NCBI GenBank assembly: GCA_038245295.1
Contig: JBBRSP010000014.1
Span: 1 to 64,000, forward strand
Length of the DNA stretch: 64,000 nt
Direction of reading: 5' to 3'
Source of the DNA: Candidatus Binatia bacterium
GTDB lineage: Bacteria > Desulfobacterota > Binatia > HRBIN30
Positions within the stretch are counted from its first letter, which is position 1. Every line of letters starts with the position of its first letter. A program made the translations under genes and the position numbers. The notes below the pieces were generated by a model. It did not search any database and had not been told where the DNA came from. It saw only the letters and a program-made list of their open reading frames with translations. Shown here piece after piece: positions 38,396-47,295 of this stretch.

Positions 38396-40803
38396 GCCGC
38401 CGCCCCGGCTGACGGACCACCGCGTCCCGTCCAGCGTTGGGCGGCGTGCTGCATGGCGCGTCCGGCGGGCGCCAGACGCGCGTAGGCGCCACGTGCCAAG
38501 CGCGTCACCGGACCGATACTGCGATGCGCATAGGTGTACGGAACCTCGGTTGGGCCAAAGGTGCGCTTGAATCGCGCCACACTCTCGATGCCGGCACCGA
38601 CCATGTCGTACGTGGCAATCCCTTGTGAGCAGGCCCAACGAATGACCTCCCAGTGCAATAGATTGTTGGGACGCGCATCCTGCGTTGCTGAGTCGCTGGC
38701 ACCGTCGAGGTAGTAGATGCCGCGTGAGTCGTACGGGAAGATGCCGCCCGAAATCAGCTTGTCATCGAGATAGGCGAAGAACACTTTGACGGGCCCGCCT
38801 TTGGCGGCCAGTTCACCGATGGCGCGATAATCGTCCTTGCTGAGCCACGGTGGGCGATTGGATTTGGCGAAGACCTGTTGCGCCATCTCCCAATAGCGAT
38901 CGAGATTCGCGAGCAGGTCACCCTCGACGATCGTCACGCCGCTGTTCTGTCCCTTGCGCACGGCGCGCCGGCACGACGAGCTCAGCGAGTCGCGCCACAA
39001 GGCTTCTTCACCCGGGCGCATGTCCAACAGGAACGTCGCTCGCTGCTCGGTTTCGAAGCCGGCTTCCGCCAGCGCCCCCGTCTCCACTTCCTTGGCGAAG
39101 CGAATCTCGATGTAGGAAACCTTCTGGGCGCGCAAATGCCGGACCACCTCGCGCATGACGCTCGGCAAGAGCGCCGGGGCAACCATCGGCCCGAGGTACG
39201 GCGTGCCCGCTTGTGGCGGTGGCGAGGCGGCGATCTTGAACACACCTTTGCGAAACAGGAACAGAGGCAGTAGGCCGGCTGGTCGCTCCCCATCCAAGAT
39301 GCGTAGCAGCTTGAGCTCGGCACGGCGTTGCGTCGCTACCAATTGCAGCCACGCCAGACGATGAAAGACGCTGGCGTCAGGAAACGCCGCGAGCAACGTA
39401 TCCCACTCGCTCTCTTCGCACGGCAGTAGACGGATCACCTGTGGCGCGACGGTCTTGGTGACCGTGGTCGCTTTCGACACCAGGCCGGTGGAACGCAACC
39501 GCTTCTCCGTTGCCCCGCGTACGGCGGCCCAGATGAACTCCACGTCGGATCGCCGCGGAATCAACACTTCGCGAAAACCCATGCCGGAGTCGCGCCGGAA
39601 GGCAATCAGCAACATCACCGCGGCAAGCGTATAGGCCATGCTCGTAGCGATCGCCGCACCAACGATGCCGTAGCGCGGGATCAGTAGGATGTTAAACAAG
39701 ACGTTGCTGACCAGGGCGACCATGCCAGACGAGATGTTGATGGCCTGCTTATTCCGACTCGTGAAATCACGCGACAAGATCGTGAACACGGACATCATGA
39801 CCGCGCCGAGCATGGCGTAGCTGAGGGGCCGCGCCGCGGCGGCAAAATCGGCGCCATACCAGAGCGGTATCAAGAACGGCCCACCAATCGCGGCAACCAT
39901 GCCGCTCGTGGCGGTCAGAAGAATGGTGCCGCGGCTCGCCTGCGCCGTGAGCGCATGCACGTCGGACTTATCCAGCGAGGCCATCTTGGGATAGATGACC
40001 CAGCCAATGGCTTGCGGGATCTCGAGAACAATCTCTGTAAAGTGGAGGGCGAGGCTGTAGAAGCCAGCCTGCGTGGCCCCGAGAAAGTACGACACGATGT
40101 AGACGTCGCTGCGGAACAGCATGTGCATCGTCAGGATCTGCGCGTACGACAACAAACCGAAACTCATCTGACGGCCAAGCAGCGCACGGTCTGGGCGCAG
40201 GCCGAACGGGATCATCTGACGGGTCGTGTAGAGCAAGGACAACACGACGATTGTCGTCGTTGCGGCGTAGATCCAACTGGCATTCCACAGCGTCAGTCCA
40301 ACAGTGAAACGCGCTCCGACAACCATCACCATGACCAGCGCTGCGCCGGCCAAGGTACGCCGATTGTAGAGCGAGAAGTTCCCCTTGGCCTGCAGGACAC
40401 CCCAGAAGAAGTTGTCCACCAGCAGCAGCGGTACGCGCCAGAGGGCCAGCAGAAGGGCCCACCCCGGCACGCCGCCGAGGATCGTACTCAACAAGGCGTC
40501 GCGTAGGAACCAGGTAGCGGCGCAGACGACGAGACCGAGCACCATCCCCAGGAAGAGCGAGTTGGTGGCAACGCCGGAGAGCGAGGCGCCCTCGCGCCGC
40601 ACACAGTACACGTTGGCCGGAGTGATCCCGAGCTTGGTAATCGTCAGGAGTGTCGTCGGCAGCAATGTGACGAGCGCGAACAGACCGCGTTTGTCCGGCC
40701 CGAGGCCGCGCGCCAAGAAAATCGATGTCAACGTGCCCAACAACGCGACGCCGGCGCGCGAGCCCAGTAGGCCGAGAACATCGGAGGTCATGCCACGTTT
40801 CAT
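38392..40803 (-). CDS. wzx: Wzx-type polysaccharide flippase fused to a C-terminal FemAB-like GNAT domain
   Basis: About 12 TM segments with ARGLGP and LLIPRYGIVGAAIAT, then SVFHRLAW, RRAVRK, NNLLHWEVI, YDMVG and FKRTFG. Confidence 0.85.
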   Translation of the reverse strand: MKRGMTSDVLGLLGSRAGVALLGTLTSIFLARGLGPDKRGLFALVTLLPTTLLTITKLGITPANVYCVRREGASLSGVATNSLFLGMVLGLVVCAATWFLRDALLSTILGGVPGWALLLALWRVPLLLVDNFFWGVLQAKGNFSLYNRRTLAGAALVMVMVVGARFTVGLTLWNASWIYAATTTIVVLSLLYTTRQMIPFGLRPDRALLGRQMSFGLLSYAQILTMHMLFRSDVYIVSYFLGATQAGFYSLALHFTEIVLEIPQAIGWVIYPKMASLDKSDVHALTAQASRGTILLTATSGMVAAIGGPFLIPLWYGADFAAAARPLSYAMLGAVMMSVFTILSRDFTSRNKQAINISSGMVALVSNVLFNILLIPRYGIVGAAIATSMAYTLAAVMLLIAFRRDSGMGFREVLIPRRSDVEFIWAAVRGATEKRLRSTGLVSKATTVTKTVAPQVIRLLPCEESEWDTLLAAFPDASVFHRLAWLQLVATQRRAELKLLRILDGERPAGLLPLFLFRKGVFKIAASPPPQAGTPYLGPMVAPALLPSVMREVVRHLRAQKVSYIEIRFAKEVETGALAEAGFETEQRATFLLDMRPGEEALWRDSLSSSCRRAVRKGQNSGVTIVEGDLLANLDRYWEMAQQVFAKSNRPPWLSKDDYRAIGELAAKGGPVKVFFAYLDDKLISGGIFPYDSRGIYYLDGASDSATQDARPNNLLHWEVIRWACSQGIATYDMVGAGIESVARFKRTFGPTEVPYTYAHRSIGPVTRLARGAYARLAPAGRAMQHAAQRWTGRGGPSAGAAA

Positions 40804-42047
40804 GTCGTGGGTCCCTCGGATGCAGTCGTCATCGTCGATTGGCGCATCACCTCCGGCAGCAGCGCCGCGGCCGGAGGCGGCTTGTGGCGCAAGCGACGGA
40901 AGAAACTCAATGTGTCGTGCACCAATGCTAAACTCCAGTCGCCTGGTTGCCGAATCGCGGACACTTTTTCCTTATTGACCAACAGCGTATCGATTAGCCG
41001 CCTCTCGTCGGCGCGCTGATTGAGCTTCACGTGATGTTCGAAGACAAAGAAGCGCGCATCGTTTTGTGGGCTTTCGAGCAACTCCGGCAAGCGCGGATCA
41101 CCGGTCAGATCGTAGTATTGAATGAGGGGCAAATTGACTCCGGAGAATGCGGATAGCTTCACCCACAACCACGAACGCCCATTGATCTCGAGTAGTTTGT
41201 ATTCGTCGTCCCGCGCATCGTACTTGAACTCGACCTGACTAATGCCTTGGAAACCCGCCGCATCGAGGAGGCGCCGCGCCGCGTCGAACACACGCGGCGG
41301 CAGGGTCATCGTCTCGGAGACACTCGCCATGCCGTGGTAGTAGGGATATTGTGTGCGTTTGCGTCCCGAATACGAACGCATGACCTTGCCGTCGCGGCCG
41401 CTGTAGGACCCGATCGTGTAGAGCTGGTCCGGTTCGCCCGGGATGTTCTCGGCCACCTGAAACTCGCGGCCGGCAAACTCTGCGGCGATCTCTGCCAGGG
41501 TGGCGCGCAACTGTTCCGGGGTTGCCAGGATGCGCAAGCGAAACACTTGATCACCGGCGGTCTCGGCACGTGAGGACGGCTTGATGATCAGTGGAAAGCG
41601 AAAGCCGTCGACGTCGGGAGTTGTACCCGCCGCGAACCGAACACAGCGCGGAATTGCCACACCGCTACGCTCGGCCAACTCATACTGCCAGTTCTTGGCA
41701 AAGATCTGCGTGCCGATCTGCGGCGCCGCCGGGACGTGGTAGCGCGCCGACAGGCGGTCGTAATTGAGAATCAGATCTTCCAGATCAGCGTCCGTGCTCG
41801 GGAACAGGATGCCGCGTCCCTCGAAGCGCTGCGCCAGACGAAGCAACGCATCCGTCAGCGTCTCACCGCGGCGGGGGTCGAAAGTCACCCGCTGCTTGGC
41901 AAACTGCGAGAAGCGTCCGTACGTCGGCGGCCATCGACGGTCGACCGTGATCATGTCCACGCCACCCAACTGCAGGGCATGGATGATCCCGATCCCAGCC
42001 GTCTCGGCGTTTACAACAACCGCCGGATTGCGGAGTGGTCGAGACAT
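40800..42047 (-). CDS. ATP-grasp carboxylate-amine ligase (D-aspartate-ligase-like)
   Basis: FPSTD, FPLIIKP, ENIPG, QVEFKYDARD and LLEINGR..GVNLP motifs. Confidence 0.85.
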   Translation of the reverse strand: MSRPLRNPAVVVNAETAGIGIIHALQLGGVDMITVDRRWPPTYGRFSQFAKQRVTFDPRRGETLTDALLRLAQRFEGRGILFPSTDADLEDLILNYDRLSARYHVPAAPQIGTQIFAKNWQYELAERSGVAIPRCVRFAAGTTPDVDGFRFPLIIKPSSRAETAGDQVFRLRILATPEQLRATLAEIAAEFAGREFQVAENIPGEPDQLYTIGSYSGRDGKVMRSYSGRKRTQYPYYHGMASVSETMTLPPRVFDAARRLLDAAGFQGISQVEFKYDARDDEYKLLEINGRSWLWVKLSAFSGVNLPLIQYYDLTGDPRLPELLESPQNDARFFVFEHHVKLNQRADERRLIDTLLVNKEKVSAIRQPGDWSLALVHDTLSFFRRLRHKPPPAAALLPEVMRQSTMTTASEGPTT

Positions 42048-42053
42048 TGGCGA

Positions 42054-42809
42054 CTACTTCATCAAAAGCGTATCGGCCCGCAGGCCCTGGCGGATCGTCT
42101 CCAGCGAGATCACTTCGTTGGGCGGGATGTTGCCGAGGTTGACGTTGCAACCGAAGTGCTTGACCATCCAAACCTGCTGCACCTTCTGAGGAGCCTCAAA
42201 GATGAGGCGGCTCGAGTCGATTTGAACCTCGATCTCCTCGATCAGTCCGTGACGAATCTCGCCGCTCTCGCGATACAGGCCCACCGTACCGGATTCGCGG
42301 CCTTCCGTGACGACTTTTGCGGCGCCCGCTTCGAGCTCAGCCTTGATCTGCTTCACCCAGCGGTACGGCGCGACGACAACCGCGCTGTCCTTGCTGCCGA
42401 CCTCGGAAAACACCTTGAAGTCCTTGGCAAGGCGCTCGATGTACCCGAGCTTTTGGGCCTCGTTCATTTCGACGACACCGTCTGAAACCTCTACCAGACG
42501 TAGGCCCTTGTCCTTGAGGAAGGCGATGTACTCGTCGACCTTGCCGCGATGCACCGCCAACTCGAACATACTGCCGCCGCAGCACACTTCGACACCGTGT
42601 TTCTGCAACAGCGCGATCTTGGCGTCGAGATTCCCGACCACAACCGCCGTCGCCCAGCCGAACTTGACGATGTCCACGTACGGCGCGGCCACCTCCATCA
42701 TCTGCTCGATCTCGGCGATGGACATGCCTTTATCGAGCACGTGTGTGAGGCCCTTCTCGCGTGGTCGCAGGGTCCTGGTTGGATCACCGAAGAGGTCCTG
42801 AATACTCAT
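42054..42809 (-). CDS. comA: (2R)-phospho-3-sulfolactate synthase
   Basis: PREKGLTHVLDKG, VDIVKFGW, VEVSDG, SEVGSK, TEGRESG, IFEAP and VNLGNI..LETIRQGLRADT motifs. Confidence 0.92.
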   Translation of the reverse strand: MSIQDLFGDPTRTLRPREKGLTHVLDKGMSIAEIEQMMEVAAPYVDIVKFGWATAVVVGNLDAKIALLQKHGVEVCCGGSMFELAVHRGKVDEYIAFLKDKGLRLVEVSDGVVEMNEAQKLGYIERLAKDFKVFSEVGSKDSAVVVAPYRWVKQIKAELEAGAAKVVTEGRESGTVGLYRESGEIRHGLIEEIEVQIDSSRLIFEAPQKVQQVWMVKHFGCNVNLGNIPPNEVISLETIRQGLRADTLLMK

Positions 42810-42813
42810 AGTC

Positions 42814-44322
42814 TCACCATGCCTTGCCGATTCGTTGGGCGATCGCCGCGCGCAGCACTTCTGGGAAGCGCGTCGCCGATGCCTGCCTCTCGATCGCGCC
42901 GGTGTCCCGGCTTACTTGCTTCTGTAATTCGTTGGCCATGCGCCGCACTTCGCGCGGCGCACAACCACCGCGTGTGGCGCGTTGATGGACGATCTGGGCG
43001 GCGTCTAGCTCGCGCACCAGATCGCGCACGCGAGTCTTGAGGGCGCGCCCCGTGCGCTCCTTGAAACACCGGCTGAGTACGTCGGCCTCTGGTTGTTGAA
43101 CTTGTCGTTGCACCAACTCGCGCACTACGGCCCCAACAATCTCGTGCGCCGTGCGCGCATCGACACCCTCGTGCTGCAGCAGTAGGTCGGCGAGCTCAGT
43201 CGCCCAGGTTCCACCCGAGCGCGCCTGCTGCTCCAGGCGTGCGACGTCGAACTGCGCCTGCGCCACGACTTCGCCGAGCAGGTTCAGTATGGCGCGCACG
43301 GTTGCGGTGGCACGCGGCAACAGGTCATAGGCCGTGTTACGGTTGTCGAGCTGCCCCGAGGGCGTCTGATTGGTGGTGATGACGCTCACCAATTGCCCAA
43401 CCAACTCACGGGCTTTGCCACGGATGTGCGACAGCGCGTAGGGATTTTTCTTGTTCGGCATGATCACGCTGGTGCGGCAGTGGCGATCAGCCAGTTCCAC
43501 GAACCCGAATTCCTCGGTACTCCAGATCTGCAATTCCTCGGCGAGCCGGTCAGCGGTGGTGGCAAGCGACACCAGGATCGCCATGGCATTGATCGGCACA
43601 TCCGTCTGCCACATCGCGTCGCGGTTGTGTTCGGTCAGGGAAGAAAACCCGAGCAGTCGGCACAACCGGGCTCGATCCAAGGGCAGCAGCGAACCGTTTG
43701 TGCTGGCGCAACCGGCGGGTGAGGCGTTCAGCCCGGTTATCTCCTGACGCAGGCGCGATAGATCGCGAGCCAACGGATAGGCAAAACCCAGCAGGTAGTG
43801 GCCCAGCGTCGTTGGGTGGGCATGCTGAAGGTACGTGAAATCGGGCATGAGCGAGTCGACGTGACGGCGCGCCACATCGGTGATGGCATCGACGCAGCTC
43901 GAAACGTCATGCGCCAACGTCCGCATCGCGCCGCGCAGGTGGATGAGCCAGGCAATCGTCAGGGCCTCGCGGCGTGCCCGGCCGGCATGTATCCAACCAG
44001 CGGTCGCGCCCAGGCGTGCCTCGAGCGCGGCATCACGGTTGTTGTAGAGGTCACCCCATTTGGCATCGAGGCGAAGGGCCATCAGCCCGCCTTTGTGCAA
44101 GTCCACCAGGGCCCGCAGCAACTGGTGACCGGGCTTCTCCGGGATCACACCCTGCTCGATGAGCATCAGGGCGTGCGCCAGATCGGCGTAGCTCAGTCCG
44201 TCGAACAACACGTCGGCATATTCGAGCTCGGTGCGAAACGTGTCGACCAATGCCGGCGATGGTGGTTCGACGAGTCGCGAGCCGACTCCAAGCTGATGTT
44301 TACGCTGACGTTGAACGGCCAT
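42814..44322 (-). CDS. Aspartase/fumarase-superfamily lyase, argininosuccinate-lyase-like but non-canonical
   Basis: IHAGRARRE, MPDFTYLQHAHP, TSVIMPNKKNP and RTAHEIVG motifs. Confidence 0.85.
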   Translation of the reverse strand: MAVQRQRKHQLGVGSRLVEPPSPALVDTFRTELEYADVLFDGLSYADLAHALMLIEQGVIPEKPGHQLLRALVDLHKGGLMALRLDAKWGDLYNNRDAALEARLGATAGWIHAGRARREALTIAWLIHLRGAMRTLAHDVSSCVDAITDVARRHVDSLMPDFTYLQHAHPTTLGHYLLGFAYPLARDLSRLRQEITGLNASPAGCASTNGSLLPLDRARLCRLLGFSSLTEHNRDAMWQTDVPINAMAILVSLATTADRLAEELQIWSTEEFGFVELADRHCRTSVIMPNKKNPYALSHIRGKARELVGQLVSVITTNQTPSGQLDNRNTAYDLLPRATATVRAILNLLGEVVAQAQFDVARLEQQARSGGTWATELADLLLQHEGVDARTAHEIVGAVVRELVQRQVQQPEADVLSRCFKERTGRALKTRVRDLVRELDAAQIVHQRATRGGCAPREVRRMANELQKQVSRDTGAIERQASATRFPEVLRAAIAQRIGKAW

Positions 44323-44331
44323 TTTCGTCTC

Positions 44332-45531
44332 TCAGTGCAGCACAAACTCGGCCGCCGACGCGCCGGCGATACGGCCGTGAACCAACGAATCGGTGATGCC
44401 GTTTCCCATGAGCCGATTGCGACCGTGTAGTCCGCCGGTCATCTCGCCGGCCAGGAACAATCCCGGAATCGCCGAGGCGCAGCGCGGCGTGATCCGAAAT
44501 CCACCAAGGTGATAGTGCAGGAACGGGTAGATCAGGATGTCCTGTCCGAGCCGACCGGTACGCTCGAGGTACTGGTGAACTTTAGGGAAGACTCCGACGA
44601 GTGTCGACTCCGGCACGTCGCCGATCGTTAGCCACACGCCCGGACCGTCGTCGCTCTCCACCATGTCGCCCGAAGCCAGCAGCTCGAACATATGCTGCGT
44701 CAACGCGTAGCGATCTTGACCGGGTTCGCCGACTACGCGGCGATGGCGGTCCAGAATCCGCACCGGATAGTTCACGATGCTTTCCGGCACACACTTCCCG
44801 ATGTCATCGCGCTGCGAACCAACGATCCCAAAGGGTTGATACTGAAAGAATTCGGCGTGTACTGTTTCCAATCCCAACGCCTTCAGCAGGTCGATCATCC
44901 GATGATTGATGTTCTCTGGATTGGTGGTCGGTTGATGGCGGCGTTGTGATTCATGAAATGTCATGCCGCCGGTGCAGACAACGACGCTGCGAGCCTCGAT
45001 CTCGGAATCCTCGCCCTTGGGATCGCGCAAGCGTAGGACAAAGGAATGCTGACGCACGTCGATGGCAACAACTTCACGGTTTGCCATGGGTTCGACACCA
45101 GACTCCTGCATACGCGAACGCAGCACCTTGATGATCGCCGGGCCAATCTGATCCTTGACGGAAACGATGCGCGGCTCACTGATGCCGCCGGCCCGACGGC
45201 GTACAAGGCGACCATCTTGATCGCGGTCGAAGTCGAGCCCCCAACCTTCGAGAAGCGCAACGGTGGGCGCGACATGCGTCACAAAATTCCGCACCAGCTC
45301 GAGGTCGAGATCGATCCGCGCCGAACGCACGATATCGTCCACGAAGCTTTGCAGCGAATGTTCCGCAGGCAACGGCAACTGCAGACCGCCTTGCGCCATG
45401 CGCGAGTTCGACTTCCCAAGCGGGCCGTCGGAAACCACGGCACAATCGGTGCGTTCCACGGCGGCGATCGCCGCCATCATGCCGGCCGCTCCGCTTCCAA
45501 TTACGACAACGTTGCGCACGACACCAACCAA
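44332..45531 (-). CDS. FAD-dependent flavoprotein of the fumarate reductase/L-aspartate oxidase family lacking the C-terminal helical domain
   Basis: GSGAAG, SNSRMAQGG, CTGG, HYHLGG and GLFLAGE..GLHGRNRL motifs; 399 aa. Confidence 0.85.
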   Translation of the reverse strand: MVGVVRNVVVIGSGAAGMMAAIAAVERTDCAVVSDGPLGKSNSRMAQGGLQLPLPAEHSLQSFVDDIVRSARIDLDLELVRNFVTHVAPTVALLEGWGLDFDRDQDGRLVRRRAGGISEPRIVSVKDQIGPAIIKVLRSRMQESGVEPMANREVVAIDVRQHSFVLRLRDPKGEDSEIEARSVVVCTGGMTFHESQRRHQPTTNPENINHRMIDLLKALGLETVHAEFFQYQPFGIVGSQRDDIGKCVPESIVNYPVRILDRHRRVVGEPGQDRYALTQHMFELLASGDMVESDDGPGVWLTIGDVPESTLVGVFPKVHQYLERTGRLGQDILIYPFLHYHLGGFRITPRCASAIPGLFLAGEMTGGLHGRNRLMGNGITDSLVHGRIAGASAAEFVLH

Positions 45532-45544
45532 GTCCGCAGACGGT

Positions 45545-46294
45545 TCAACCTCGTTTTTCGCAGACCAACATCCAGGTATTCACATCCTTCCCTGGAATCG
45601 CCTCGAGTGCGTGAATGAGCAGGCGCGCCAATCCGCCCAACCGGAAGCGCAAGCGGTTGATGCGGCGCTGCAGCGGGAAATGGCGCAGAATGCCGTCCAT
45701 GCGCTGCACCTCGAAGCCGTTCTGAATCATCTCCTGGCGCAACTCTTCGGGAGAATAGAGAACGTCGAAAATCTTGTAGGTATCGACGCCCTGGCGCTCG
45801 CGTTCGGCCTGCGAAACGTCGCGGTTGAGCGCGTCAACCAGCAGTGCTCCGTGCGGCCGCAAGACGCGTTGGATCTCGCGGTACAGACGCACCCGATCCT
45901 CCGCCTGGAAGTGCCGAATGAAACGACAGGTGTAGACGACATCGAACGACGCATCCTGGAACGGTAGGCGGAACGCGTCCGTGCGCAAGAACGACCACAC
46001 ACCGGCTTGCCCGCCCATTCGTTGTTGGGCCGTTTCGAGCATCGGCTGGCTGGCGTCGATGGCGACGCCGAAGGGCACGGCGCGCATCTCGGCGGTGAGG
46101 CGACCGGGGCCACAGGCGATCTCGAGCGCGGTACGGACGCCGCGCGCCGCCATCACCTCGTTGAGGAACGTGATCTGCCGATCATGCAGCAGGCCGTTCA
46201 GCGGCTGAGCGGTGCGTTTGTGCATGTACGCATCCACCACACCGCGGTCTTGGTAGTAGGACTTGAGGTCGTCCGGTCGATCGAGGGGGCTCAT
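45545..46294 (-). CDS. Class I SAM-dependent methyltransferase
   Basis: LEIACGPGR, LPFQDASFD and RVLRPHG motifs. Confidence 0.88.
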   Translation of the reverse strand: MSPLDRPDDLKSYYQDRGVVDAYMHKRTAQPLNGLLHDRQITFLNEVMAARGVRTALEIACGPGRLTAEMRAVPFGVAIDASQPMLETAQQRMGGQAGVWSFLRTDAFRLPFQDASFDVVYTCRFIRHFQAEDRVRLYREIQRVLRPHGALLVDALNRDVSQAERERQGVDTYKIFDVLYSPEELRQEMIQNGFEVQRMDGILRHFPLQRRINRLRFRLGGLARLLIHALEAIPGKDVNTWMLVCEKRG

Positions 46295-47286
46295 GCGGTA
46301 ATTGAATCCAGTTGAGGTTGTTGGCGCAACGAGGCGAATGTTCGCCGCAGGCCTTCCCCGACATCCACTGCTGGTTGCCAGCCGAGCTCCTGGTGGGCAC
46401 GGGTACAATCGAACCAGGCGCGATCGGTCGCGCGGCGCACTTGATAGTACGTCACCGGTGAACGACGACGCGCCAAACCCAATATCCGTTCGGCCAGACG
46501 CGCGGCAGCGGCGACCGCTGGAACCGGCAGGTACACCGCCTTCCAGTGCTCCTCGGCAGCTGCCTGGTAGAGCGCAACATACTCGCGCTGCGGCACGTTC
46601 GCGTCGACGATTGTGTAGGCTCGGCCTTCTATGCCCGGAACCGTGAGAGCCAGCCAGACGGCATCCGCTACGTTGTCGACGTAGGTCATCGGCAATGGAT
46701 ACTCGGGGCGCGCCAACAGCAGCTTGTAGCCGCCGCGCGAAAAGCTCTGACGCGCCAGCGGCGGACGTTTACCCGGGCCGTAGAGCAGCCCCGGACGCAA
46801 CACGACAACCGGGGCGCCGTGTTGCGCTTCCCAAACGGCGACACGATCCGCGGCAAGCTTCGATCGGCTGTAGTGGCCGCGAGCGTTCGACTCACTTTCG
46901 TACGGGCTATCCTCGCTGATCGTCACGCCGTCCTGGTCGACGCCATAGATCGCCAGCGAACTGATGTGCACGATGCGTTTGACACCGGCAGCACGTGCAA
47001 GACGGATCAGGCGACGCGTGCCGCGAATGTTAGCCTCGGCAAACTCCTCCCAGGGGCCTGTCGTTTCGACGCGCGCCGCCGCATGCACGACGGCATCGAC
47101 ACCCTGCAAGGCGTTGCGAATCGACTCTTCGTTGGCAAGGTCACCTTCGGCCAGCTCAACGCCGGGGCAATTCTGACTGCGGCCCGGGCGCACGAACGCC
47201 CGCACCTCGACGTCGCCTTGCCGTTGCAGCCGAGCCACGATCGCTCGCCCAAGGAAACCGTTCGCTCCAGTAACGAGAACTCGCAC
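46291..47286 (-). CDS. NAD-dependent epimerase/dehydratase family protein
   Basis: TGANGFLG, HAAA, YSRSK and RPGLLYGP motifs. Confidence 0.88.
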   Translation of the reverse strand: MRVLVTGANGFLGRAIVARLQRQGDVEVRAFVRPGRSQNCPGVELAEGDLANEESIRNALQGVDAVVHAAARVETTGPWEEFAEANIRGTRRLIRLARAAGVKRIVHISSLAIYGVDQDGVTISEDSPYESESNARGHYSRSKLAADRVAVWEAQHGAPVVVLRPGLLYGPGKRPPLARQSFSRGGYKLLLARPEYPLPMTYVDNVADAVWLALTVPGIEGRAYTIVDANVPQREYVALYQAAAEEHWKAVYLPVPAVAAAARLAERILGLARRRSPVTYYQVRRATDRAWFDCTRAHQELGWQPAVDVGEGLRRTFASLRQQPQLDSITA

Positions 47287-47295
47287 GCAACCTTC

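Noticed and set aside
42054..44322. Coenzyme M biosynthesis cluster
   Set aside because: Only the first two XcbB/XcbC-like steps are present. No adenylosuccinate-lyase-like or desulfhydrase-like partner, no ComB/C/D/E and no alkene-metabolism genes are in the window, and the context is glycan synthesis.
42814..45531. Calling these genes argH and nadB/sdhA
   Set aside because: Active-site motifs deviate, the flavoprotein is truncated, and no arg, nad or sdh genes are adjacent.
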